Positions 48,801 to 58,863 of a stretch of 64,000 nt of DNA are shown piece by piece. The notes under the pieces are model-generated. The model was given only the letters and a program-made list of their open reading frames with translations, was not told the origin of the DNA and ran no database searches. The first letter of the stretch is position 1. Every line of letters starts with the position of its first letter. Source of the stretch: Octopus sinensis (taxonomy: Eukaryota). The stretch covers positions 29,016,001-29,080,000 of the forward strand of contig NC_043013.1 in NCBI RefSeq assembly GCF_006345805.1, read 5' to 3'. The position numbers were made by a program, and so were the translations under genes.

Positions 48801-51800
48801 AGACGACGGAAATTTCTTGAAAGGAACAGGTAATTCAGTTCTCCACACTATGGAATCCTTCCTATTATACACGTATCATGTGCTTTATAACCACATGGTT
48901 TCAAGTTCAGCCTCACAGTTTGACATCTTGACCAAGTGCTCTTACTATAGCCTTGGGTGGACCAATGCTTTGAGAGTGAAACTGGTGGACAGAATACTGG
49001 ACAGAAGAAAACATTCAATGTGTGTGTATATGCACTTGCATGAACACACGCACACGTGTACGTGATGCTGTTCATTTGTGTGTTTATATCCCATAACTTG
49101 GTGGTGCAGCACACAGAGATCGCTCTAAATAAGTGCCAGACTTAAAAATAGTTACTGGGGTTGATATGATTAAATAAAACCCTTCAAGGTAGTGCCCCAG
49201 CATGGTCACAGTCCAATCACTGAAACAGATAAAGGAGTTGAAAAACAAGTTAACAGCATGTTTGTATGATAGGATGAGTCTTTATTTTTTGTTGTTGTTA
49301 CTGTTGAAGGCACATGGTCAAGATCAAGGTTTCTCAACCATTTTTTTTTTATCTACGGACCCCTTTGGTTACTATTTTATTCTGGTGGACCCCCATAGCC
49401 ATTCACTGTTTAAAAACTAGTTTTATAGAAACTTCTTCCAAAATTCTTATCTGCTTTTCACACATTAATTTGTGTAGGTTGATCTATGTGAAATGTTAGA
49501 GAAAGAAACCTGGCTGTTTCTTGCAATAGATAACCATTATACACATCTAAAGCAGTGGTTCTCAACCATTTTTTTAATCTATGGACCCCTTTGATTACTA
49601 TATTATTCTGGTGGACCCTCATAACCATCTGATGTTTAAAAACTAGTTTCATAAACACTTCTTTCAAAATTCCTATTTTGTTCATCACACATTAATCTGT
49701 GTTGGTTCATCTATGTGAAATGTTAGAGAAAGAAACCTACCTGTTTCTTGCAATACATAGCAATATAAATGTTTTCTGGAGCCCTTAAAATACTATTGTG
49801 GATCCCCAATTTACTATTTAGTTGCGTGGACCCTGCCAATCTTATATGGATTGTTAGGGGTCATATGGATCCCAGTTGAGAACCACTGTTGTAGAGGCTA
49901 GGGTTCTGGACACTCATGATTGCAATGTCATAGGTTCGGTTCTCAAACTGGGCAGCTTATTGAGTTCTCAAGCAAGACACTTTGTCTCAAGTTGCTCCAG
50001 TCTAATCAGTTGAATAATAAGCACGTAACTGTTTCTGCTATCTCTGTAGAGATAGCAAAAAATATAAGCACCACTCAAGTCCTGGTGCAACCCTCTCTCC
50101 ACCCAGCATGACATCTTGAAAATAAGTTTGTAAAATGCATCATCATTGTTGGTAACAAAAGCTATTTTTTGCTATCTCTGCAGAGATAGCCAAAACAGTT
50201 ACGTTATGAATCAGTGACTGTATTTGTACTACTTCTCAGTATCACAGTGTCATATTGGGTCTCTATTACAGTGTTGTTATATTTGCTGTGTTATTAATGT
50301 GATGAGCTGGCAGAATCATTAACCCATTCATTACCATATTAATTTTGAGATGCTCTGTATTTCTTTCAATTATTTTAAATACAACAAAGAATTTAGTAAA
50401 ATAATTTAGTTATCATTAAGCTAGTGTTAGGAAGATAAATTGTGACTAAGGTTTGGTGGAAAATTTTAATTCAGAGCTTTTGAAAATAAGACATTTGTAC
50501 TACGGAGTCAGATACAGTTTCAGCCAGATTGGTATCAAAAAGGTTAAGAATTGTTTCTCTATTATATATTTTAGCCATTTTGTTACCATGTTTCTGTTGA
50601 GATGCTCTGTGTTTCTTTCAATTAATTTTAAATATAACAAAGAATTTAGTAAAATAACTTAGTTATGATTAAGCTAGTGTTAGGAACATTATTGTGACTA
50701 AGGTTTGGTGGAAGATTTTAATACAGAACTTATGGAAACAAGACATTTGTACTATAGAGCCAGATGTGGTTTCAGCCGAGTTGGTAACGAAAGAGTTAAA
50801 GACATCAAACAAAATGCTGAGCAGCACTCTTCTAGCTCTTTATGTCCTGAGTTCAAATACTACCTTGGTCATCTCTGCCTTCTATTCTTTTGTTGATGAA
50901 ATAAAGTACCAGTTTAGTACTGGAGTTGATGTAATCGACTAACCTAAAATTGCTGGCCTTGTGTCAAAATTCGAAACTGTTATTGTTACTGTACTTCTTT
51001 GTTCCGTACCGTCTCTTTCATGCTCTTTGTGTCTCTTTGACTCTCTCTAGTCTGTGTGTGTGCATCTTTCTTTGTCTCTGCATGTCTTTTTCTATTATTT
51101 AGCAACTGTTGTCGAGACATTTTTCATACTGTCTTCCTTTCCTTGTAATTTCGAAAGAGCTGCTGCAGCCAGGTGCCGGCAGAAGAGGAAGCAGTGGATA
51201 ACCGACTTAGAGAAAAAAGCAGAAGAATTGCAGAATACCAACTCAAGATTACAGGTGAGTAAATCATACATTGCTTTCTCACTCTTTCTCTTGATCGAAA
51301 CTGTATGGAATGCTACAATGTATATATTATGTATTTGGCTGTGGTAAATTCCCAACCACATGGTTCTGGGTTCAGTCCCACTGTGTAGCACCTTGGGCAA
51401 GTATCTTCTACTATAGCCTCAGACTGATTAAAGCCTTGTGAGTGGATATGGTAGATAGAAACTGAAAGAAGCCCATTGTGTGTATAGGCTTATGAAGAAT
51501 AAGTTCTAAGATTGATTTGTTCGACTAAAGGCAGTGCTCCAGCATGGCTACAGTGAAATGACTGAAACAAGTAAAAGAATAAAAGAATATATATATATGA
51601 AAGCATATGGCTTAGTGGTTTGGGTATTTGGTTCACAGTTGTCAGTTTGTGAGTTCGATACCCAGTGGTGTCCTTGAGCAAGACATTTTATTTCACATTG
51701 CTTGAGTCTACTCAGCTGGCAAAAATGAGCTGTACCTGTAATTCAAAAGGGCCAGCCTTGTCACATTCTGTGCCATGCTGACTGAATCTTCCTGGCAACT

Positions 51801-54800
51801 ATGTCTGTGGAGTACTCGGCCACTTGCATGTTAATTTCAAGAGCAGGCTGTTTTCTTGATCGGATCAACTGGAACTCTTGTCGTTGTAACTGGCTGAGTG
51901 CTTCTTTTATATATTATTATGAAGTATGTGTTTGTATCCCTGTGTTTCCTTGTCTTGACGTTGCATGATTGATGCAAACGAATGCCATTCATTTGCAATG
52001 CTCTATGAAAACATGTCTGGCCTTGGAGAAAACTTGACTTAGTTTTGAAGCAAGGGTTTCTAAAAGTTGGAAACAGAAGGACATCAAGCGGTAGAAAATT
52101 TGCTTTAATAAATTCCCCCTGACCCATACAAGGATGGAATAGTAGACACTAAGATGATGATGATGATGATGATGATGACAAGGTGGTGACGATGGTGTTG
52201 CTGTTGTCTTTGTGATGGCACCACTCTAGCAGTAATGTTTTTTCATGTCTCTTGTAAACGAAACATCTGGCAGTGGTTTACTGTATAAAGTCATGGAATA
52301 AAATGCCTTACTTGAAAGATAAGTAGGAGTTGGTATTGAACAGGGCATTTGGCTATGGAATACTGCCTCCAGAAGTCTCATCCAACCCATGTAACATGGA
52401 AAAAGTGGAAGTAAAGCCTAAAATGATGATAATCATTTTATCTTTATCTTTTACTTGTTTCAGTCTTTGGAGTGTGGCCATGCTGGGGCACATCCCCAAG
52501 TATTTTTCTTACAATACTCGTTTTATATAAGGAAAATTAAATATAGGCGTAGGAGTGGTAAATAGTTTGCTTACAATCCACATGGTTCCGGGTTAAGTCC
52601 CACTGCGTGGCACCTTTGACAAGTGTTTTCTACTATAGCCTTAGGCCAACCAAAGCCTTGTGAGTGGATTTGGTAGATGGAAACTGAAAGAAGCCCGTCG
52701 CAATATATGTATATATATGTGTGTATGTGTGTGTATATGTTTGTGTGTCTGTATTTGTCCCATCAACATTGCTTGACAACCAGTGCTGGTGTGTTTACGT
52801 CCCCGTAACTTAGCGGTTCGGCAAAAGAGACCGATAGAATAAGTACTAGTCTTACAAAGAATAGGTCCTGGGTCGATTTGCTCGACTAAAGGCGGTACTC
52901 CAGCATGGCCACAGTCAAATGACTGAAACAAGTTAAAGAGTAAAAGAGAGATATTGAAGCTTGTTTTTAAGAAGTTTTTAAACTGTCTTGTCATATTTAT
53001 CTCCTTTGTTGTATGATTTTCAGAGTGAAGTAAATCTTTTACGTACAGAAGTGGCTCAATTAAAATCATTATTACTCGCTCACAAGGATTGTCCTATTAC
53101 ACTACAACAAAAATCAATGGGGCAACTTTCCATACAGGCAGGTAAGTAGGCATGTTTTCTTCTGTCTTTTTAAAAAGAATTTAATAGCATACAAACTCAC
53201 ATTGTTAGAAATTTCTTCAGGGAAACTAAGGCAATAATGAAATGGGTGGGTGGGTGGGTGGAGGGACCCATAAGAAGTTCACTTTGCAACAATTGGGCTT
53301 TGGGGGTTTGGTTCTACTGCACAGCACCTTGGGCAAACAACTTTTGCTATAGCTCCAGGTCAATCAATCCCTTGTATGTGAATTTGGTAGGTGGAAACTG
53401 TGTGGAAGTCCATCTTTTACACAAACACACACACACACACACATTGTGTGTGTGGATTTGTGTTTGTATGTGTACCCAGCACTGCTTGATCACTGGTGTT
53501 AGTTTGTTCAAAAGGGTAAAGGGTAAAGACCCCCTTCGGTCATGAATGACCATGAGATTGCACCTAGAACGTTACCTTCTGAGGTCCAAGTCTGGCCAAG
53601 GTTGTTTATGAAAAATCAACAGTCGCTCATGCATACTAGCCTTCTTGCCTCTATGCCACTGAAGCGAAAGGCAAAGGCCAATACAGCTTGGCACCAGTGA
53701 TGTCACAACTCATTTCTACATCCGAGTGAACTGGAGTAATGTGAAATAAAGTGTCTTGCTCAAGAACACAGCACACAGCCCAGTCCAGGAAATAAACTCA
53801 CTCACCTCATGATTGTGAGCCTGACACTCTAACCACTGAGCCATGTGCCTTCAAATTGGATTGCACCTAGAAAGTTCCCCACTGAGGCACAAGTGCGGGC
53901 AAGGTTGTTTGTGGAAGACCAGCAGTTGCCCATGCATACCAGCCTCCCCTCTCCGTGCTACCGATGTTATCCAAGGGAAAGGCAAAGGCTGATACAGCTT
54001 GGCACCATTGACTCTGCAGATCATTTCTACAGCTGAATGAACTAGAACAACGTGAAATAAAGTGTTTTGCTCAAAAACACAACACGCAGTCCAGTCCAGG
54101 AAATGAACACAGTACCTCATGTCTGTGAGTCCGATGCTCTAACCACTGAACCATCTGTCTTCACTGGTTTGTTTATGTTCCTGTAAATCAACAATTCAGC
54201 ATAAGTAGGTGATAGAATAAGTACCAGACTTAGAAAGAAAAAAAGTACTGCATTCAATATTTGTAACTAAACCATACAAAGTGGCACCTCATAAAGACTG
54301 CAGTCCAAAGACTGAAACAAGTGAAAGACAGAGGACAAATGATGCCATTTTCCCCCGACCGTTTTGCTCTCCTTTTCTTTGTCTCTTTCCACCCCCGCAA
54401 CTGCTTATGTCATTTCCATCCCTCTTCTCTTTCTCACCTATAGTTTCCCCTTTCCCTTTAATGTTCAAACCAAGCAAGATCTGGCCTTTCACACCTATCC
54501 TACAATGCCGTTCCTGAATTAAACAACCGCAACATTAACCCTTTAGCATTCAGATTACTCTGAATAATGCTTATTTATTCATAATGTTTTTAAAATATAA
54601 CGTGTCTTGAATGGCACAACAATGCAGACTGGACAATTATAACTGTTATAATTTAATTATCCATAGTCTGATATAATAATAATATTTTGGAATACAAAAA
54701 TTCCTTCTTCAGATATTGCTGGGAATTGATTGAGTCACTGCTATAATCAGTTTTCCAATGGTTACTGAATATTTTTTTTCTGGAAGTGTCTCTGCAGTGG

Positions 54801-55446
54801 TCTCATGAAGCTCCTTCAAGAATTCCTCATGAGAAGTGCATGAGGGCAGCCATGTCTCAAGCACATGTGTGTTGGCATATCTGCAACGTTGAATTAATCA
54901 TGTATAGCTTCAAGATTTTGATTAGTCAGTTTTGCTTTTTATTCTTCAAGGATTAATAAAAATAGTTACCTTATAAGTTTTGGGGTTGAGTGTTAACTCA
55001 CAGGGCAAGTTTGTCTAAATTTGAAATTTTGTGCCTTTTTAAAAAAATTTTATTGCCAGAAAAAAAAAGAAAAATGAAAAAGAATCATTGGAAAGTAATA
55101 AAATGAAACAGCTTTTTATTGTTTTTATTTTTATTTATTCATTGTTTTTTTTTTCCATTGACCAGTCCCTGTTGGAGAGACCCCAAACATCATTATTACA
55201 GCAACTGGAATTTCGCCCGGAGAGAACGTAGTCTCAGCAGGTCTGACCACCGTTGCCACGCCACTGTCCAGTGCTCCTGTGTCATCATCAACAGCTCCGG
55301 CCACCATCACCACCTACGGCAGCGGTGGTGGTGGTGGCGGCGGCTCTTCCACTCCAATCGTCGTGGAACGTGGAGCGAGTAGCAGTCGCAGGAATGCAGG
55401 CTCTCTGAAAGTAGAAACTTGTACAGTACGTGCATCTCCGAAATGA
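25539..55446 (+). CDS. ATF7: ATF2/ATF7-family cAMP-responsive bZIP transcription factor, 10 coding exons, 586 aa: join(25539..25592,28594..28699,34791..34924,43882..44309,44898..45147,46967..47190,48761..48829,51158..51254,53024..53141,55166..55446)
   Basis: Manual splicing gives a continuous 1761-nt frame with GT-AG introns. Motifs: KPFVCSSPGCGMRFTNEDHLTVHLKKHEM (C2H2), DQTPTPTKFLKNCEEIGLF, AKQKLKAAL and DPDERRRKFLERNRAAAARCRQKRK...SEVNLLRTEVAQLKSLLLAHKDCP, all diagnostic of ATF2/ATF7/CREB5. Probably the invertebrate co-orthologue of all three, so the symbol could equally be ATF2. Confidence 0.96.
25708..25770. repeat. Degenerate (CCTAAC)n hexamer tract
   Basis: taatcc-taactc-taaatc..cctaaa-cctaac..; telomere-like, probably internal to a small TE. 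Confidence 0.5.
25955..26027 (-). pseudogene. Decayed tRNA-like sequence or SINE head
   Basis: Minus strand TGGTATAAGGATAG (A-box-like) and GTGGGTTCAAGCCCCAC (T-arm/B box); the acceptor stem does not pair well. Confidence 0.4.
28594..28699 (+). CDS. ATF7: ATF2/7 coding exon 2 (RFTNEDHLTVHLKKHEM...NNLFL)
   Basis: Poly-T tract plus CAG acceptor; GTAAGT donor, phase 1; completes the zinc finger. Not in the ORF track. Confidence 0.95.
28900..29098 (-). mobile_element. Penelope-like terminal-repeat fragment with a minimal hammerhead motif
   Basis: Minus strand GTTT-CCGACGA-A-GAGC tct GTTC-GAAAC-GTT-AAAC, running into (TA)n. Confidence 0.6.
29720..29985 (+). mobile_element. Decayed R2-group (Hero/NeSL-like) non-LTR element, RLE C-terminus
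   Basis: Translates GWSAVDFPVGVGCRGF and IQAAAKSVSNWTWLQR, resembling the PVEVGCRGF and AAERASxWLW motifs recalled for Hero-type elements. Confidence 0.6.
30343..30729 (-). mobile_element. Full-length SINE 'B' (minus)
   Basis: Reverse complement of the B consensus. Confidence 0.88.
30845..31245 (+). mobile_element. Full-length SINE 'B' (plus)
   Basis: B consensus; inverted relative to 30343-30729. Confidence 0.88.
31614..32663. mobile_element. hAT (Charlie-like) non-autonomous element
   Basis: CAGAGGTTCTCAAC ... GTTAAGAACCACTG termini; TSD degenerate. Confidence 0.65.
31907..32378 (+). mobile_element. 'C' family copy with ~66-bp tandem units, nested in a hAT-like MITE
   Basis: Five core units at ~31942-32220. 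Confidence 0.85.
34791..34924 (+). CDS. ATF7: ATF2/7 coding exon 3 (DQTPTPTKFLKNCEEIGLFQDLTKNPFEEAFKKA...)
   Basis: tacag acceptor, GTAAGT donor. TPTP corresponds to the JNK/p38 sites (human ATF2 T69/T71); NPFEEAF corresponds to the FENEF-type motif. Confidence 0.97.
35107..35556. repeat. Near-perfect tandem duplication, ~216-bp period
   Basis: GAGATGCATGAGTGTTTACT at 35141 and 35357; the copies differ essentially only in microsatellite length. Confidence 0.92.
37950..40255 (-). mobile_element. 5'-truncated RTE-clade LINE (second family): frameshifted RT plus long 3'UTR and (GAT)n tail
   Basis: KAPGPSGI, GVHQGSVLSPLLF, ELLYADD, MLHGSETW and RLRWYGHV across several frames (38600-40255); internal (CAAAT/CGAAT)n at 38443-38482; tandem ~62-bp units; tail at ~37950-37975. 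Confidence 0.93.
41858..42275 (+). mobile_element. RTE ORF 3' end running into a 'C' repeat
   Basis: GTCGR.RPRKT..EVVKHDLRTLGL-like sequence followed by the C body and (GAT)n. Confidence 0.8.
43290..43742. repeat. Degenerate (CAT)n low-complexity tract
   Basis: Seen directly; similar tracts at ~8620-9460 and 58495-58580. Confidence 0.9.
43882..44309 (+). CDS. ATF7: ATF2/7 coding exon 4 (low complexity, Q14, S/T-rich)
   Basis: ttctag acceptor in phase 0, AT|GTAAGT donor in phase 2; open throughout. Confidence 0.88.
44530..44825. repeat. Minisatellite, ~65-72-bp unit x ~4
   Basis: CAATTGAATGATAAATATGTGACACACAAGTCTGTCACTCGTCTCATGGTTG repeated. Confidence 0.9.
44898..45147 (+). CDS. ATF7: ATF2/7 coding exon 5 (..LQLPTGQTVPVQIPA..SLAKQ)
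   Basis: ttgtag acceptor, CAG|GTAAC donor. LPTGQTVPV resembles the vertebrate LPNGQTMPV motif. Confidence 0.93.
45503..45804 (-). mobile_element. tRNA-derived SINE family 'F' with a TTTACCC-type tail
   Basis: Minus-strand head TGGCTCAGTGGTTAGAG..GATTCCC; homologous to 53513-54162. Confidence 0.8.
45937..46616. repeat. Inverted repeat (~180-bp arms, ~315-bp spacer), each arm with a hammerhead core; probable Penelope-like remnant
   Basis: 45937-~46115 is the reverse complement of ~46432-46616 (e.g. GCAGGAATTACATATCTTTTCT / AGAAAAGATATGTAATGCCTGC). Confidence 0.85.
46713..46876. mobile_element. Tc1/mariner-type MITE
   Basis: TA-CAGGGTGTCTGGAAA ... TTTTTGGACATGCTG-TA. Confidence 0.6.
46967..47190 (+). 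CDS. ATF7: ATF2/7 coding exon 6 (KLKAALQ...GSGVV)
   Basis: ctctag acceptor. The AT|GTTAGT donor was chosen because phase 2 matches exon 7; the 3' boundary is less certain than the 5'. Confidence 0.85.
48761..48829 (+). CDS. ATF7: ATF2/7 coding exon 7 (KRPKRSGEDDPDERRRKFLERNR)
   Basis: catag acceptor, AG|GTAATT donor; start of the basic region. Confidence 0.95.
49325..49888. mobile_element. hAT (Charlie-like) MITE with a duplicated ~228-bp left end
   Basis: 49325-49551 repeats 49553-49770; TIRs CAGTGGTTCTCAAC / GTTGAGAACCACTG. Confidence 0.8.
50319..50799. mobile_element. Tandem pair of MITE 'D' inserted in a SINE 'A'
   Basis: 50319-50547 and 50571-50799; the SINE head lies at ~50300 and resumes after 50800. 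Confidence 0.8.
51158..51254 (+). CDS. ATF7: ATF2/7 coding exon 8 (AAAARCRQKRKQWITDLEKKAEELQNTNSRLQ)
   Basis: AAG acceptor required by phase; CAG|GTGAGT donor; basic region and start of the zipper. Confidence 0.95.
51598..51905 (+). mobile_element. tRNA-derived SINE (head related to F)
   Basis: TGGCTTAGTGG A box, GAGTTCGATACCC B box, TGTCCTTGAGCAAGACA core. Confidence 0.75.
53024..53141 (+). CDS. ATF7: ATF2/7 coding exon 9 (SEVNLLRTEVAQLKSLLLAHKDCPITLQQ...)
   Basis: tttcag acceptor, G|GTAAGT donor; leucine zipper and HKDCP. Confidence 0.96.
53513..54162 (-). mobile_element. Two tandem SINE 'F' copies
   Basis: 53513-53852 and 53857-54162 share GATTGCACCTAGAA...CTCTAACCACTGA. Confidence 0.85.
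55166..55446 (+). CDS. ATF7: ATF2/7 terminal coding exon 10 (VPVGETPN...G7...VRASPK*)
   Basis: Poly-T tract plus accag acceptor, phase 1; GC-richer open frame ending at TGA 55444-55446, followed by AT-rich UTR-like sequence. Confidence 0.85.
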
Positions 55447-56854
55447 CAGCGGGACAAAACTGCAGCTTTCACTCGAGTTCACTGCATTGGATTGCACACG
55501 GGTTCAACAGTAGAGACAGAACACGCAGAAATTGAAGGCAGCGAAGAAATGAGATGAATGGACACACCTGTGGATGGATGTCTGGATGGATGAGTGGATG
55601 GTTTGTTGAAGGGATGGATGGATGGATGGATGGTTGCATGGTTGGATAGACAAAGAAAAAAAAAATGTCTCAAGAAACATTTTGAAAATAACCTTGCCAG
55701 GGAATGAATGTGTGAAGAATGTGGTTTTTGGTTTTTGCAGAAATGTGCGATGTCATCTACCTGCTGAAGATGCTGGATATATCCCTCTTGGTCTTAGTTG
55801 ATGCAGTTGAAACTATTTCAATTTAAAAGAATATAAATATATATATAATTATTAATAAATAAATAAATAAATAAGAAAAAAATTTATTCAGTAACTTTTA
55901 AAATTGGTCAACTGTTTTGAAAAAATGGAAATTTAAATTTGAAAAAAAAAAACAGGAAGAAAGAAAGAAAGAAAGAAAGAAACCCACCCTCGGCAGCAAT
56001 TATTTGTTAGCCAACTTATTATATCTAAGAAGAAAAAAATATCAACATTAATTAACAAAAAAAAAAAAGAAAACTGTTTTCATTTCAATTAAAAGAATTT
56101 TTTTTTGTTTTAATGCAAAATATTATTTTAATTCTACTTTTCATTTCAAAAGTGGGGGGGAAAAGTAATTTAATGCTCTCCCCCCCCATTCTCTATACTC
56201 TTCTCAAATACTATTATAAAAAAAGGAAATATTCTTCTTCTAACTTCACCCTCTCCTCCCCTGTATCAGTGAGTTTTCTCAAAATGAAGAACAAAAGATT
56301 AAAAAAAAACATGCAAAAAAAAACAAAGAAAGCAAGAAAAACCAAACCAAAATAAAAATGAAAGCGAAGCCAGTTCTATTATTTGTAAATAAGGTGGGGT
56401 AAGTGGGGGGGATATGCTGTCGTAGAACAAGTTCCAAATTGTTTCTTTGTAAATTCATAATTCACCAGAAAGATCTCATTTATCTGAAGAATTTATAGAT
56501 TTGTCATTCAAAATTTTCCTTTTATTATTTTTTAAATAATTTCAAACAGGATACCATTTCTTTTTTTTTTTTTTTGTATTTCTTGTTCTTGTCTCCACCC
56601 TCCCCAATCTCTCTCTCTCTCTGTTCAGTGAATTTTTCTTTACTCTTTTTTTTTTTTTCCTGTCCAAATCAAACTGACCTCTTCTTTATTGGCACAGCAA
56701 TTTTCTTTTTTCCTTACTGGTTGCAGAGATGGCATTGTAAAAATTCTTAGGAATATTATTAAATAATGGTTGACAAGATTCTCTGATATTATTTGAAAAG
56801 AAAAAAAAAACATCCAATCCATTGCTTACCTCCCAGAACAAAATGTATGAAAAT

Positions 56855-56887
<33 letters not shown>

Positions 56888-56965
56888 ATGTGTGTGTGTG
56901 TATATATATATATATATCATAATTATAGAATATATATGGATATGTACATATATAAAATTATAGAA

Positions 56966-57006
<41 letters not shown>

Positions 57007-57665
57007 ACACACACACATACACACACACACATCTGTATGAAATCATCATCATCATCATTTAACGTCCGCTTGATGATGATGGCTTCACATTATATATATA
57101 TATGTATATATATACATACATATATACATATCTATTTAAAAAACACATTTACACAACGTGAAGAAAGCTAATGAGTAAGTAAGTAGATTGGTAACAATAA
57201 TAGTGATTTCATAATGATAATAATAATAATAATAATAATAATGATAATAATAATAATAATTTAACTAATGCTAGAGAAATTAATATAAAATAAAGCAAAA
57301 AACAAAGGAAAGCAAAGTAAAAGAATTCTTTCAGTCTGGGAAACTATTTTGGAATTTTACAAGAATTTGCCCCACCCTCCCATTTATTCTTTTAGTGTTT
57401 AGCACATAGTTTTTTTTTTTTTTTTTGCATTTTCATCCCCCCGCCCTATTTTCACAGTTTTTACATCCCTAATTTTTATGATTGCACAGATATGAGGGAT
57501 TTAAACTTAATGTTTTTCTTTTCCTTTTTCTTTACTTTGGAAGAATTTTAATTTTTAGTGTTTGGCACAAACCATTCTTACTGCTCACCACTCAACCACT
57601 TGCATAATTCTGTATAGATGAAAAAACAACAACAAATAAATGAAAATAAAATAAAAAATAAAAAA
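55447..57665 (+). other. Probable 3'UTR with candidate poly(A) signals
   Basis: Mostly TE-poor AU-rich stretch; AATAAA at ~55853-55872, ~57289 and ~57635-57662; Pumilio-type TGTAAATA at 56384. The true end is unknown. Confidence 0.5.
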
Positions 57666-57761
57666 AGGCAGATTATACAATTAATCCTAAATTTTTAAGA
57701 GCACTTTTACAACTTAACTTACTCCCTGAGTAAATCTGTCTGTCTGTCTCTCTTTCTCTCT

Positions 57762-57812
<51 letters not shown>

Positions 57813-58072
57813 TATACTTTATTTTTTTTATATAACATAAATTAATTAATAGATAAATAACTGTCTTTTCTCCTTTACTCTTTTACTTGTTTCAGTCATT
57901 TGACTGCGGCCATGCTGGAGCACCACCTTCAGTTGAGCAAATCGACCCCAGGACTTATTCTTTGTAAGCCTAGTACTTATTCTATCAGTCGCTTTTGCTG
58001 AACCGCTAAATTATGGGGATGCAAATGCACCAGCATCGGTTGTCAAGCGATGTTGGCGGGGACAAACACACC

Positions 58073-58164
<92 letters not shown>

Positions 58165-58267
58165 GCATATACATATATACGAATATTTATTATAATAACA
58201 TTAATTATGATAATAATAGTAATCATCATCATCATTGTCGTTGTTGTTGTCGACCAACGACAGCAAC

Positions 58268-58492
58268 TAGGCCGGCTGGTAGAATCCAGATCACGCAGAG
58301 TAAAATGCTTAGAAGCGTTTCGTCTGTCGCTATGTTCTGAGTTCAAATGCTGCTGAAGTTGACTTTGCTTGTCTTCAACATTTTGGGGTCAATAATACAA
58401 GCACCATTGAGGCATTGTGGGTGGGTGGGGTGTCAATGTATTCGACTTACCCCAACCCCTAAAATTGCTGGCCTTGTACCGAAATTTGAAAC

Positions 58493-58525
<33 letters not shown>

Positions 58526-58821
58526 GATAATGATGATGATAATGATGATAATGATGATGATGATGATCATCATCATCATCAAGGTGGTGGGCTGGTAGAG
58601 TCATTAATATATTGGACAAAACTCTTAACGACATTTCGTCCATTTTTACATTCTGAGTTCAAATTCCACTGGGGTCCATTTTGTCTTTCAACGTTTCGGA
58701 GGTCAATAAATTAAGTACCAGTTACACACTGGGGTCGATGTAATCGACTTAATCCCTTCCCTTCCCCTCCAAATTTGGGGCCTTGTGCTTCCAGTAGAAA
58801 GAATTATTATTATCATCATCA

Positions 58822-58863
<42 letters not shown>

